This document shows positions 11,574 to 22,742 of a DNA stretch of 64,000 nucleotides, piece after piece. The stretch spans positions 1,364,001 to 1,428,000 of the forward strand of contig OZ037834.1 in assembly GCA_964035575.1 (NCBI GenBank). The letters run 5' to 3'. Under the pieces are notes generated by a model. The model was not told where the DNA came from. It searched no databases and saw only the letters and a list, made by a program, of their open reading frames with translations. The first letter of the stretch is position 1. The number at the start of each line of letters is the position of its first letter. A program made the position numbers and the translations under genes. Source of the DNA: Rhynchopus sp. YZ270_cl-10. Its lineage: Eukaryota.

Positions 11574-14126
11574 TTATTTGTTCTCTTTCCCCTCAAGGAG
11601 GTGTGTGTTCTGTCCATTTCGGACCAGGCATTGGCACACCTTTGACAGGCCTGGGGCAGGGTCTACAAATGGACCATCTGCGTTGATGTTTTTGCAGTTG
11701 AAGGTTTTTTTGTCGGAGAAGGTGACTTGCGACCATAGGTTGCGTACAGGGTCTCCAAAGCGCGCTTCTCCTGAGCACTCACAACGGGAATTCTCCTTTG
11801 CACAGTGCTTCCAGTCAGACCCTTCGGAGGACACTCCACTCCATACGATACGGCTCCCACCATAATCCCACGAACAGCAATCAAACCCATGGGCCTCCGC
11901 AATCCCCGGACCATCCGAGCATGTTTTCCCATGAAGATATCCCCCTGGCTCATCATAGTTTTCCCTCGTAAAGAAAGTACCCTGTTTGACCAGAGTAGCG
12001 TAATGGTGAAGAACTTCTACCCCATCGGCACCGTATATCATTGCAATCTGGTTTTTATCGTAGTGTTCACGAACCAATTCGATCCATGCGTCGGTGCGGA
12101 CAACGGTACCATATACAATAACGTCAAACTCCTTTGCCCGAATCCTATCAGGAATGGTGCTCTGATTTACGATTGTTTCTTTTAATGGGTTGTTTAGTGC
12201 ACGGTGGTTGCCCCAACCCCCATATGGGTTGCCTTTGTAGTAGTTGGGTTTGGTAAGGGTGTGGGCGCTGGAGAGGAGTGCGTTTTTTCTTCCATTGTCG
12301 CATTTTTCGAGTGTGGCAAGATGCGCTGCTTTAGAGTTTGCACCTCCGGTGGAGAGATCGGGGGTGGGTACAATGTCTGCAACTAATTCAAGCCGTCCTT
12401 TTGCTTCCAGCTCCTTGAAGCCGGTCCATAGGGAGTCCCCCATAAAGTCGTGGTAGCAGTGATGGATGAAGAGGACTTTTTTTGGTTTTTTCGGTCCGCC
12501 TTCTTGCGCGAGGGCACGCAGGACATAGCGCGCCATCGCCTCGGAGGTGAGGTATCTCCTTGCATGGTTCTGAATCTGCGCTGCCAGCCGGTAGTATCTC
12601 TCCTTGTCAAAAATGCTGAAGTCGATTGAAAATGCGGAGGAATTCAAAAAGGACCCTTTGTGATCATTGTTAAACTTCACCCCAGGGAGGTTCATTGCTT
12701 CCAATACTAATTTCTTTGGAAAAAACGGCATTGTCGCTGCAGGAAGCTTTTCCAGATCGATGAAGTACGGGACGCACCCTTGGGAGAGAATTTCGTAGTG
12801 GCGGAGGCAGTCCCAGCCCTTCTTCTTGCGGGTCACGCAATAGTAGGAGTGGCGGTATTCCTTGAAGTATTGTTCATCGGGCTCTGCATCTGTTTCAAAT
12901 CCTTGCCTTGGTGTGTATTTGTAGGTAGCCTTATTCCCAGGAATTGATGGTGCAAACGCAAGTTCCCCTTCATTTTTCCATTTCAACGACGATAAATACC
13001 GTGGAGATGGCATCGAAAACTGCACCGGCCAAATGTTAAACCGTTTCCCCTCCCACTTATACGACACCGGACGCACCCAATCCACCTTCATCGCATTTGA
13101 TTCAATCGAATAATGGTTTTCACGCGCCGTCAAATCCGTTGTCTCTACAACATGCTTTTCGGTATGCCCACCATTGTTCACTAAGGCACGCCCCCAAGGA
13201 GATCCCATCCTTTTCAGGTATAATTTCAGGTGTTTTGAAAGAACTGACGCACTACAAGATACTTCCATCGTATGGCGTCCCGGGGCAGGGTCCACGATAT
13301 GCGTAGTAAAGAGAATGTTGTGTTCCAGAAGCTTCATGATTTCCTCCTTATGGGGCACATCGCTTCCACTGATGTCGCAGGTATAGTCAAGCGAAACCTT
13401 ACCAAGACACCCTGATACCGGAGATGCGGCTTCCTTTGAGAGCTTATGTTGGCACACCTCTTGTCCGCTGCAGGCTTCCCCGTAGGGCTTGGTCAAATCT
13501 ACTACTCCTTCAACGTCACCTAGGTCAGGCATGAAAGGGCGTGCGTGGATGTATGCTCCAAGACTCTTTTTGTATAACGCCTCTGTCGCGCGACCTCCGT
13601 AATCCAATGCAGGGCAGTTGCACATCACTGCAGCCGCAACCACCTTCACCTTCCCAGCAATCTCCGGAATGTCATCTGACGCGAGCGTTACAAAGCTTAG
13701 ATTCATCCCCCCAGCCCTTCGGTTTTCATCCAAAACCACTACCCGAACTTTGTCCCCTCCGGGAACGTGCTTTCGTTCGTCAATCTCTAGATTTCCCCAA
13801 CCATGACTTTCGGAAACTCCACGTTGTGTGCGGAGGGTTTCCTTCCATTTGTTGCGATGTGCCCCGGGGAGAGGTGGGGTGGAGGAAGTGGAGGAAGAGG
13901 AGGAGGAGGAGGTGGTGGTGGTGGCAGTAGCCGGCACCTCACGTCGCCCTTCCGCAAGCATCTCCTTGATGCCGGATTCAATATCGTTCAACCGCCCCCT
14001 CAACCTCGCCAACTCTGCGTCCAGGGGCGCACCCTGCCCAGACGTCCCCCCTATAGAATACATATAAATCATCAACACCGGAATCAACACTGCGCCAAAT
14101 ATGTACACACTTCGTTGCAAGCCCAT
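11574..14126 (-). CDS. Type II membrane glycosyltransferase-like protein (~850 aa) with a C-terminal Cys-rich module
   Basis: Start MGLQRSVYIFGAVLIPVLMIYMY (ATG at 14126; signal anchor), followed by a coiled-coil and Ser/Thr stem. Motif YYCVTRKKKGWDCLRHYEILSQGCVPYF resembles the exostosin/GT47-like GWD..R.yEal..GCiP motif. C-terminal CAKENSRCECSGEARFG..W..FNC..FVDPAPGLSKVCQC module. Confidence 0.8.
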   Translation of the reverse strand: MGLQRSVYIFGAVLIPVLMIYMYSIGGTSGQGAPLDAELARLRGRLNDIESGIKEMLAEGRREVPATATTTTSSSSSSSTSSTPPLPGAHRNKWKETLRTQRGVSESHGWGNLEIDERKHVPGGDKVRVVVLDENRRAGGMNLSFVTLASDDIPEIAGKVKVVAAAVMCNCPALDYGGRATEALYKKSLGAYIHARPFMPDLGDVEGVVDLTKPYGEACSGQEVCQHKLSKEAASPVSGCLGKVSLDYTCDISGSDVPHKEEIMKLLEHNILFTTHIVDPAPGRHTMEVSCSASVLSKHLKLYLKRMGSPWGRALVNNGGHTEKHVVETTDLTARENHYSIESNAMKVDWVRPVSYKWEGKRFNIWPVQFSMPSPRYLSSLKWKNEGELAFAPSIPGNKATYKYTPRQGFETDAEPDEQYFKEYRHSYYCVTRKKKGWDCLRHYEILSQGCVPYFIDLEKLPAATMPFFPKKLVLEAMNLPGVKFNNDHKGSFLNSSAFSIDFSIFDKERYYRLAAQIQNHARRYLTSEAMARYVLRALAQEGGPKKPKKVLFIHHCYHDFMGDSLWTGFKELEAKGRLELVADIVPTPDLSTGGANSKAAHLATLEKCDNGRKNALLSSAHTLTKPNYYKGNPYGGWGNHRALNNPLKETIVNQSTIPDRIRAKEFDVIVYGTVVRTDAWIELVREHYDKNQIAMIYGADGVEVLHHYATLVKQGTFFTRENYDEPGGYLHGKTCSDGPGIAEAHGFDCCSWDYGGSRIVWSGVSSEGSDWKHCAKENSRCECSGEARFGDPVRNLWSQVTFSDKKTFNCKNINADGPFVDPAPGLSKVCQCLVRNGQNTHLLEGKENK

Positions 14127-15039
14127 TTTTGGAGAGATAAGGTGGAGGGGAAAAGGAGAGGGGGCTGGGGGAGGGGCAGGAGATGAAACCACTCCCCTGT
14201 TTGATTGAGGGTTTTTTTTGGGTGAGAGAGGAGGGGGGCATAGGGATTGGATTGATTGGTATGGCTGACCCCAAAATAGCACTTTATCGCACACCCCCCT
14301 TTCAGCCACACCATTGTGACCTTGGTATGGGTAATAAGCAAATTTTCTTGTGCACCAAAAGGAAAATTTGGGATAAATTACAAAAGTAACGAAAAATTTG
14401 ATGGAGATGGGGCAGAGGAGGGAAGTGTAATAAAAAAAGATCCGTTGGTTTTGATTTTTTTTTCTTCTTCCCCCAACAATTTTTCTTTTTGATGGGGGGT
14501 AGGGGGTGGGGTGGGTTTGAAAAAAAAAAAAAAACGGAAAGAAAACAAGGGGTATGATTGAGAGGGGGTGATGTGCGTTACCCTTTTTTTGGAAAAACTT
14601 GAACGTCTTCAGAAAGACGCATGACAACAACAAAATAATAAGGGTGAAAGTCAAATGAATGAAGCCTTCTTTTTTTGAACAAGACACCCCCCTGTTCAAG
14701 GAAGCCAAAGAAACAACTCCAAATACGTATTTTAGAGGCCGTTTTTTCTTTTTGACAAATCCTTGTTACTATTGATCCACTCCACATCTCTTGACAGCCA
14801 CGCCAACCCAACAAAGTAACAAAAGGGTGTGCGGTAAAGATGAGTAAGCGGAACAGGGGGGGAAGGAGGGGCACCTGTTGACGACGACACTTGCCATGAC
14901 ATGACAAATGACTTGTAAATGTAAAGTGACATGTGAAAACTGGTACCACGTGATCACATGTCATTATACACGTCATATAACATGTGAATCAAGGTTTGAC
15001 ACAGGGATTCAATGGTATTATGTGTAATATGACATGTTA

Positions 15040-15693
15040 CCGGCCGCGTACATATTACGTCGCGTATTTATTACGGGGGGTACTTATTACGTCGCGTACT
15101 AATTAAGTCGCTTTTTGGGGGTCCGCGGGTGCCCAAAAAGCGACGTAATTAGTACACACCGTAAGGTGAAAAAAGTGGGGGTAATCATGTTGGAACACAG
15201 CTGGTGTGGGCACATCACTGGGGGGATACCACCAAACCCACACAATCCCGAAGTCATCGCAGACCGTGTGAGCGAGGGGGAGAACAAACCCAACACGCGG
15301 CGCGTGTAGACGGCACAGGGTAAGGTGGAAGAAATCGGTGAGAACTCTGCCACAGTGCGTCTAGTACCTCCACATGCGCAAGAGGAGTGGGAAGTGCCAA
15401 TGAGTTCCTCAAATCCGCAATTTGAGCCATTCGTTCATATTTCAACGAACATTTTAAAAAAACTTTTGTTTGCATGTTGCAATCTCTGCCCAATGTAACC
15501 TTGTAAAGGGCCGAGGGCCAACACGCCAGCACCAAGAGAAATGCCAGACATCCTTCCCACTCACCTTGTCCGTAGATTTTGTTTTTCTTCAAAAAATTAA
15601 TTACGTCGCACACTTATTACGTCGCGTACTAATTAAGTCGGTATTTGCCCTAACCGACTTAATTAGTACGCGACGTAATATGTACGCGGCCGG
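15040..15693. mobile_element. TA-flanked MITE (Tc1/mariner-like)
   Basis: TIR CCGGCCGCGTACATATTACGTCGCGTA at both ends, TA flanks (15038-39, 15694-95), and internal TTACGTCGC repeats. Inserted into a CATG/CACGTG-rich repeat (14895-15780) similar to 59987-60095. Confidence 0.85.
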
Positions 15694-16552
15694 TACATGA
15701 CATGTGATCACGTGTTAAGGAAATGACAGGTACAACAGATGCTAAATACCATGTACATGTCATAACAAGCGTCATCGTGTGCTACTGCTGCAAAAAAAAC
15801 ACAAAATGCAGCAGGTGAAGAGAAGGAGGGTCAACAGTAATGGTGTATCGGGGCTGGGCGAAAGAAAGACATTGGCACAAGAGAATGGAAAGGCGGTGGG
15901 TTTGGAAAGGAAAAAGGAAAAGCGTTGAGACAAAAGAGCAACTGGGATAAGATGACGTTAAGCGCCACCTTGATCATCATGCAATTTACAACAATGAAGC
16001 TTGAGAATTATGAAACATGCCCCATTGTGTGTGCATACGCCAATAAAGCGTTCAGAAGACATTTGTATTTTTTTGTAGTCTATTGCATATCAAATGCCCG
16101 AAGGTTAAGACGCTCATTGCTTAATATCTCTAAGAGCGACAAACCAAAAAAAAATAGGAAGATTTTCTATTTAGAAAAATTTCTTTTTACCGACTAATTC
16201 CGTTTTTGTACAAAAACAAAAAAAAAAGGGGGAAAAGAAAAGAAAGAAAAACGAAAGGACAAAAGAAGAACAACTAAAAGATGGGACTGGGGTCAGGTAA
16301 TGAGGGAGGGGTTGGGGGAAAAGGGCAAACTTGCTTCCCATTAGGGGTAAGCATAACAGAACGACAAGGGTGTGTTGGAATACACACCATTTTTCTTGGG
16401 TTTCTTTTTCATGTTTATTTCGTGTGCTTTCTTTGGTATGAAAAAAGAAGGCGTTGTGTTTGTGTAGACAAGACGTAGTTCATCATACAACTACTATCTG
16501 CAGTGTTTAATTTGGAATAAAAAAAAAAAAAAGGGCAAAATATAAAAGGCGC

Positions 16553-16685
16553 ATATTTGGGTGATCTATGATCGTCTCCGTGAGACACGTGACACGGCTG
16601 TGAGAGCTTGTGAGAGTCTGTGAGAGCTTACTGAGAGCTAGTGAAAAAAAAAAATCTCTCCCCGTTCATAGATCACCCAATATAT
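16553..16685. mobile_element. Small MITE
   Basis: Inverted TTGGGTGATCTATGA / TCATAGATCACCCAA, with internal TGAGAGC repeats. Confidence 0.65.
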
Positions 16686-17392
16686 TAGGCATTTAAGCCA
16701 GAATCAAAGAGAGTTTGATGGAAAACCCAGCATTTGCAAAAAAAAAAAGTATTTCGACAGATGCATTCAATAAATTGATAGCACAGGAAGAGGGATCAAA
16801 AATGTTCCCAACTTTTTCAAAAAAAAAAAAAAATATAACATATGAACAGATTTACTTTCTTTTTTGTTGGGGAAACCAAAAAAAAAAAAAAAATAGTGGG
16901 TGCGCTTATGGACGTTGTTGTTATATTTGTACTCAGGTCAGGACCTGCCTTTTCAAAGGCGGTAGTGTGCTCATACAGGTATTTTGTTCTGTTCACGTTG
17001 GGCTCTTATAAAGAGGGGGGGTTTGTGTGGGTGTTTGCAATAGGTTTCAAAAAAAGAGGGGTTTTTTCTTTGAAAGACAGAACGCAAACTGATAGGCTGG
17101 GCTATCTGACAAACGGAGGGGGGTAAACACACGGCAAGCAAGATAACATTCAATAGTAGAGTTGAAATACAAAGCCCTCTCGTGACAGTGTACCTTCAAT
17201 AAGAAAACCTTTCCTTGCGGGTTACACACACCTGGGACCTTATTCTGCCAAGAAAATCTTAGCACACATTTCTCTTGACTGGGGGGGAGCACAGCCAGAT
17301 CATATAATTTCGGCAAAAAAAAAAGGGGCTGAAAAGAAAAAAAAAAGAGGGGGTATTTTCCCCCGTGGCGGGGTTTTGATATTTTGAAAATC

Positions 17393-17547
17393 TGGTGTTC
17401 CCGAAAGGTCCCATATTGACAGGTCCTTGACAGGTCCTTGACAGGTCCTTGACACAAGGTTTACAGGGGAAAATGACATACCCCCCCTATATTGACATGT
17501 CCTTGACATGTCGTTGACATGTCCCCGACAGCAGATCGGTAACACCA
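17393..17547. mobile_element. TGGTG..CACCA mini-element, 5-bp TSD AAATC
   Basis: TIR TGGTGTTCCCGA / TCGGTAACACCA, AAATC on both sides, internal TTGACAGGTCC repeats. Confidence 0.8.
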
Positions 17548-17778
17548 AAATCGTTTTTTTTTTTTTTTTTTTTTTTTTTTTCTTTTCTTTTGTTTGCTTT
17601 TTTTTGGCAAAGGATAACACGCACATAGCATTTGGTTTGGTTGTTTTTGAGAGAAAAAAAATAGCAAATTTGCCAAAAATAAAATAAAACTGAAAAAGGT
17701 AATTGACCCTATGCAAGCGGAAGATGAGACGATCCTGTTCATATAAAAAAAGAAAGAAATCACACACGCATACAAAAG

Positions 17779-17870
17779 TGAAGTTGATAGTGCAAACGCC
17801 GGGACGCAGGCACTGACACTCCGCGGGTTATAGAACCCTCGGAGTGTTGCACTTCGGAGTTGCTTAGGGA
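17779..17870 (-). repeat. Dispersed hairpin module B (representative long copy of ~20)
   Basis: Minus-strand ..ACACTCCGAGGGTTC.ATAACCCGCGGAGTGTC-AGTGCCTGCGTCC..GGCGTTTGCACTATCAAC. Copies are listed in the findings. Confidence 0.85.
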
Positions 17871-17921
17871 AACTGTAAGCAGGAACAACTCGAAAAAACC
17901 CCACACACTCACATTTTGTTT

Positions 17922-17962
<41 letters not shown>

Positions 17963-18794
17963 TTTGTTTTTTTTTGTTTTTTGAATTTGTAAAAGATGAA
18001 AAATATGTAAATATCTCTTCTTTGAAAGAAGATTTACCTTGAGACTGTTGACACTGTTCTATTTGTTTTCACACGGATAACACATGGACAGACAAAGATC
18101 TTTTATAAAACACATTCCCGCAGACATATAAGGCCGTATAAGAAACGTTTGGCTTGTCTATCCATGAAAGAAAAAAGAGAGAAAAAAAAACAAGAGAGCT
18201 ACCCACGCCTCGAACGGATAAGGTTTTAGGGAAGGACGATGGCATTTTTGACTAAATAAAAAACCACACATAGAATTGCACTATGAGACTAAAGTCTCAG
18301 TAGGATAAAAAAAAAAAAAAGAAAAGTGAAGATAGTGCACACCTCTGGGACGCAGGCACTTAAAGAGAAGGGAAAAAAAGCTTGCAAGATGCATGTACCT
18401 CTCATGAGACATCGAAAGAGAGAATCAATTCGGCAAGATGAACCTAAGCCTCTTGTGTATAGTCACCAACACAAAAAAAATATATATCTGATAAAGGGAA
18501 AGAGAGAGAGGGTGGCTTTTTAGAAATCACACCCCCCCCTTTCTCACCCAAAAAAAACACATCGAAAAGAAGAAAAAAATTGGTGAATAATCCTCATTTG
18601 GGGTGCCCCACTTTAGATAGGCCCTCATCAAACTCAATAAACGGGGCTCTGTTGGTTTTCTCTATTTTTTTTGTTTTTTTTTTTTTTCCATTTTTTTTTT
18701 CTCCGTAAAAAGAAAAACTTTGGAACAACACTAGGCTAGACAACAGAAGCATTGCGTCTTCCGTTTATTTTCTCTTCTCTTCTTTCCCACATCA

Positions 18795-19969
18795 TCACAG
18801 CGCACACGACGCGATTTCCTGCATATCATTGACAACCCTCCAACCCTGCCCTGGGGCGTAACAGTAGCAGGCAAGCTGGATATTCCGCTCCTTCGTCACA
18901 AAGGAACCGCTTTTTCCGAGGATTCTCCTTCCTTCGACATATACGAATATGCTAACCTTGACTTGGCACTCTTCATCATCTGCCGAGAAAGCGTAACTGT
19001 CGACTTGGAACTCAAGAATGGACCCAAACTTCAACACAAAGTCCGCCAGCTCCTCGTTGTCCCACTGGATCGCGCCCTTCTCGCCGATGCTCACCTGAAC
19101 CATCTCATCTGAGCCACGTCCTGCACGCAGGCCTTCAGCAGCGATCCCTATGCTGGTCGTCCACGAAGGCTCGTACTTGCTCTGCACGGTGAACGAGAAG
19201 GTTGTTCCCGTCGGCAACAAGGGTACCAGCGGGGTGGTATGTGCGTCCCAGTTGCGCGTCGATTGGTTTCTGTAAATTTTTTGAAATAATTTTCCCACAA
19301 AAAAAAAAAAAAAAAGAGAAAAGTTTGTCAGATGATCCTAAAGCCTCTGCTTAGTCACCTTTGTTGCTTCAAAAAGGGAGGAACGCTAATACCCACAAAA
19401 GGTAACGTTAAGAATACCCATGGATATTAACACCAATCGGTACTATCAACTTTGGTACGCATTTACTCCCCCAAAAACCTCCCCCCATTTTTTTGTTTAT
19501 TTCGAGTAATTTTTTTGTCAAATTCTCTTTTAAAAAACGGTCTCATGGTGTGGCCGACGACCCCAAAATAGCACAAAATAGCACCCCCTAGCCACACTAT
19601 CTAATTTATTATTTTCCCGCCATCTTATAAGGCTTTGATGAACCTCACAATAATACAAACATACTTGTTGATCACAACTGTGTCATTTTCTTCGAACGAT
19701 GCGGTGCTCTGGTCCCCATCATAGAGTTCCCATTTGAGGTTGATCTTGTTGGGTATGAGCTGGAGCACTGAGTCCTTTACGATGCCTGTTTCGGCAATGT
19801 CGTCGTCTCTGTTGAGGGGGACGTCGTCCAGCACGAGGCCACAACCTTCTGTCTTAACTCCATCGGTTCCCTGCAGTGCAACAAAGATGTCTTGCACGGT
19901 CGCACCATCAATCACATCAACACCATGCACGAACCCCTCCAAATCCCTCACATACAGTGAAATATCCAT
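18795..19969 (-). CDS. Two-exon protein: N-terminal ubiquitin-like domain plus a beta-sandwich (SPRY/NEUZ-like) domain; exons 19969-19665 and 19269-18795
   Basis: Exon 1 MDISLYVRDLEG..ATVQDI..LVLDDVPL..DDDIAETGIVKDSVLQL has a ubiquitin-like pattern. Intron 19664-19270 begins GTATGT and ends TTTACAG. Joining AA|A gives in-frame ..VINK-NQSTRNW.. and fuses ORF-track entries 19625..19972 and 18795..19298. Confidence 0.85.
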
Positions 19970-20245
19970 CAAAAAAGAGCAAATAAAATGGCAATAAACG
20001 AAGCAAACTAAGGCACTAAAAAGGCAGGGGAAGAGGAGGAGGAGGAGGGGGCTAAGAGGAGGCGCTGGGAGTCAACCCGGTCTTCCTTTTGTGTATAGTT
20101 TTTTGGAGTATTCCAAGCAAGGGGGAAAAGGGAGGAAAGAGAGAAGGTTGCTTGGGGAAATGAGAAAAAAAAGATAGTGTGCTCCTGTGTGGGGGTTTGT
20201 TGAGGGGGGTGAACACAACGTAGTCATGGCATATGGAGGTAATGT

Positions 20246-20346
20246 CATACTGTGGGTGTTATAACGTTATGATAACGTTTAACAAAAATAAAAGTGTTAT
20301 AACGTTATCGATAACGTTATGATAACGTTATAACACCCACAGTATG
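20246..20346. repeat. Palindromic mini-element
   Basis: CATACTGTGGGTGTTATAACGTTAT ... ATAACGTTATAACACCCACAGTATG inverted repeat. Confidence 0.75.
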
Positions 20347-20894
20347 TAATATTACTGGAAAATATGGCGAAAATGTACGACAGGTAGGCAGTTACATGAG
20401 AGGGGACCCTGTCGATACTCAACCTAGTATTGCTAGTAAGGTTTATTACTAGGAATACCACCTCATATCACCTGGCATGGATATGACTATTACGTGAAGT
20501 GGAGGGGGAAGGCAAAAAAAGGGAAAATAGGGGATTTTTTTTTTCATTATTTCGCTCATATCCCTCCAGAAACCTTAATTTATTGTTAACCCCAAAGGCA
20601 AAGCAAAAACAAAAGGTGCCCAATGAACTGCCTCTCATACACCTATTAACACCTATTTTGTTGCGGTGTAAACCACAACAATCCAAACCACCAGGCAGAA
20701 TAATACAACACAGGGAACTCTCCCCACCGATTTTCCGCACAAATCGGCCACAAAAAAAAAATTATAAGACCCTAAGCCTCTCACACTTCATCACCTTTTT
20801 AAAAAAAAGTTTACTTGAAATACAGACCTCTCCCAACAGTGTCAGTCACGTCACCACAACCTCCCTTTCAGGCACCTCTACCCTCTAACTCGCT

Positions 20895-22196
20895 TTATTC
20901 CCGACTAGGGGGTCTTGGAGTGCGATCGGTAAAGACAACGTTGGTATGAAGTTCTCCTGCATGCAGCTCTAACCAAGAGCGTGGACGCACTGGTGTTCCT
21001 GAGGGTGGTCCGAGCGGGCAGAGGGCTTCGAGGCGCTGCTGTCTGCGTACCTTCTTTGCTTCGGCCTCTTCTGCAAGGCGGCGGTTGAAGTCGCTTTGCG
21101 CGAATCGCGTTAACTTCTTCTGTGGAGGGCCTGCAATGTGTTCTTGGGTAAGACGATAGGCAGTTTCTGAAGAACGACGGTTGTCTTCGTAATATAGGCG
21201 TTCAATGCTTTCCTTTTCCTCTGCAAGGGAAAGACGTTGGGAATCATGTGGACGACGTTGCTGTAACGCAAGACGACGCCGTCTTAACGCCTGCTTTTCT
21301 CTGTGCAAATCATGCAAACGGCCGACCATCGCTTCTTGCCTCCCTGCATCCAATTTCACCACCTTCTCCGGCATTACCAACCCCATAACCTCTGCAGGAA
21401 CCCCTACCGCCTCTACTGATAACGGTGCTGCCATAGATGTTGATGACGGAGGATGTGGCGTTTTTTTGACATTTTTTTTCGTCGTTCCTCTATATCTACT
21501 CGCAATACCAGAGTATTTATTCCCTTTTGCTCTCCCTTTATGTTTGCTTCGATCCACCTCTGCGAGAACCGAATACACTATGCGAAGCGCTGCGGTGTCT
21601 TCACTGACACATCGGCGCAAACCTCTGTCCATCTCCGCTTCTGGCAACACAACGTGACCGAGCACCGCTTCAAACACATAGGGCGAACCAATCTCCGCAG
21701 CACGCCTCAAAATTGCACACCGATGGGGCGACCCTGCTACCAACAGACTGTCGCACCGCTCCTTACTAAAATACGACGCCAACGGAATGGTTCCTGCTAG
21801 CTGCTCTATATAAGCATATCCCAACACCGCCTCATGCCGATACCCTACATTGGCTTCAACCTGCGCCGCAGTCACCACCTTTGTATCGTGCCTCACAATC
21901 GAATGCAGTATATGCAGCTCCACCACAAGCCCCTCCCTCCCCACCTCTGATGCAAACAGCCCCGCGATGTCTGGGAGGCGGTGGTAACCGTGCATCGAGG
22001 GGGTCGCCAAGGAGGTTGCCACATGGTCACATACCGTTCGAGACCAAAGCAGGCCAAGTGGAGTGACATCCCCGGCAGCAGTCTCTATGGTACGTCTCTG
22101 CATTCTGCTCCGTTGTCTCCCAAGATGGCCGCGTATAACACATTGTATCGTCCGAGAGGCTACCCAACGTTCAGCCACCTCCTCCTCATCCTCCAT
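20895..22196 (-). CDS. Hypothetical protein with an N-terminal IQ-like motif, 433 aa
   Basis: Long GC-richer ORF on the gene strand. ASRTIQCVIRGHLGRQR fits IQxxxRGxxxR. Charged helical C-terminal half. Confidence 0.75.
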   Translation of the reverse strand: MEDEEEVAERWVASRTIQCVIRGHLGRQRSRMQRRTIETAAGDVTPLGLLWSRTVCDHVATSLATPSMHGYHRLPDIAGLFASEVGREGLVVELHILHSIVRHDTKVVTAAQVEANVGYRHEAVLGYAYIEQLAGTIPLASYFSKERCDSLLVAGSPHRCAILRRAAEIGSPYVFEAVLGHVVLPEAEMDRGLRRCVSEDTAALRIVYSVLAEVDRSKHKGRAKGNKYSGIASRYRGTTKKNVKKTPHPPSSTSMAAPLSVEAVGVPAEVMGLVMPEKVVKLDAGRQEAMVGRLHDLHREKQALRRRRLALQQRRPHDSQRLSLAEEKESIERLYYEDNRRSSETAYRLTQEHIAGPPQKKLTRFAQSDFNRRLAEEAEAKKVRRQQRLEALCPLGPPSGTPVRPRSWLELHAGELHTNVVFTDRTPRPPSRE

Positions 22197-22742
22197 GGTC
22201 GATCAACAGAAAGGGACGGGAGGGGGAAGAGAAGCAAAGCAAATGGGGAAAGGGGAAAGGGAAAGGAAGAAATGTGTAATATGAAGAGAAAAAAAAACCC
22301 CCTCCCTAAGTGATTGGAGAGGGAGGGGGAGAAGGAGAGAGCGGAGATGATAATTGAAAAGAAATGGGGAGGAAACAAAAAATGATTTGTCATCTAGAAA
22401 TATATAATTTTTGCGAAAAGGGGGGCTAGAATATGAGAAGGGAACCAAACACCAACAAAAGCAAAGCAGCATCAGCCACTACTGTGGACACACAGAACTA
22501 CTACATACCACCCTCTCCTATACCCTCACACTCAAAAACTAAATTGTACTAATTGATTGGTGTGGCCGACGACCCCAAAATAGCACATTGTAGCACAAAA
22601 TAGCACCCCCTTTCAGCCCACACCAGTTATGGCACTCCGAAAGGGGTCGACATTGAGAGGTCACTGACAAGGTCGTTTGACCTTGATTCCCGAAAAGCAC
22701 CATGTATGCATGCTACGATTCCCTCGGTACTGCTGTCCTATA

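Noticed and set aside
14127..14708. First 194 aa of the 1044-aa ORF
   Set aside because: Low-complexity sequence that includes a TGGTG-type mini-element (14257-14313); the signal anchor follows the ATG at 14126.
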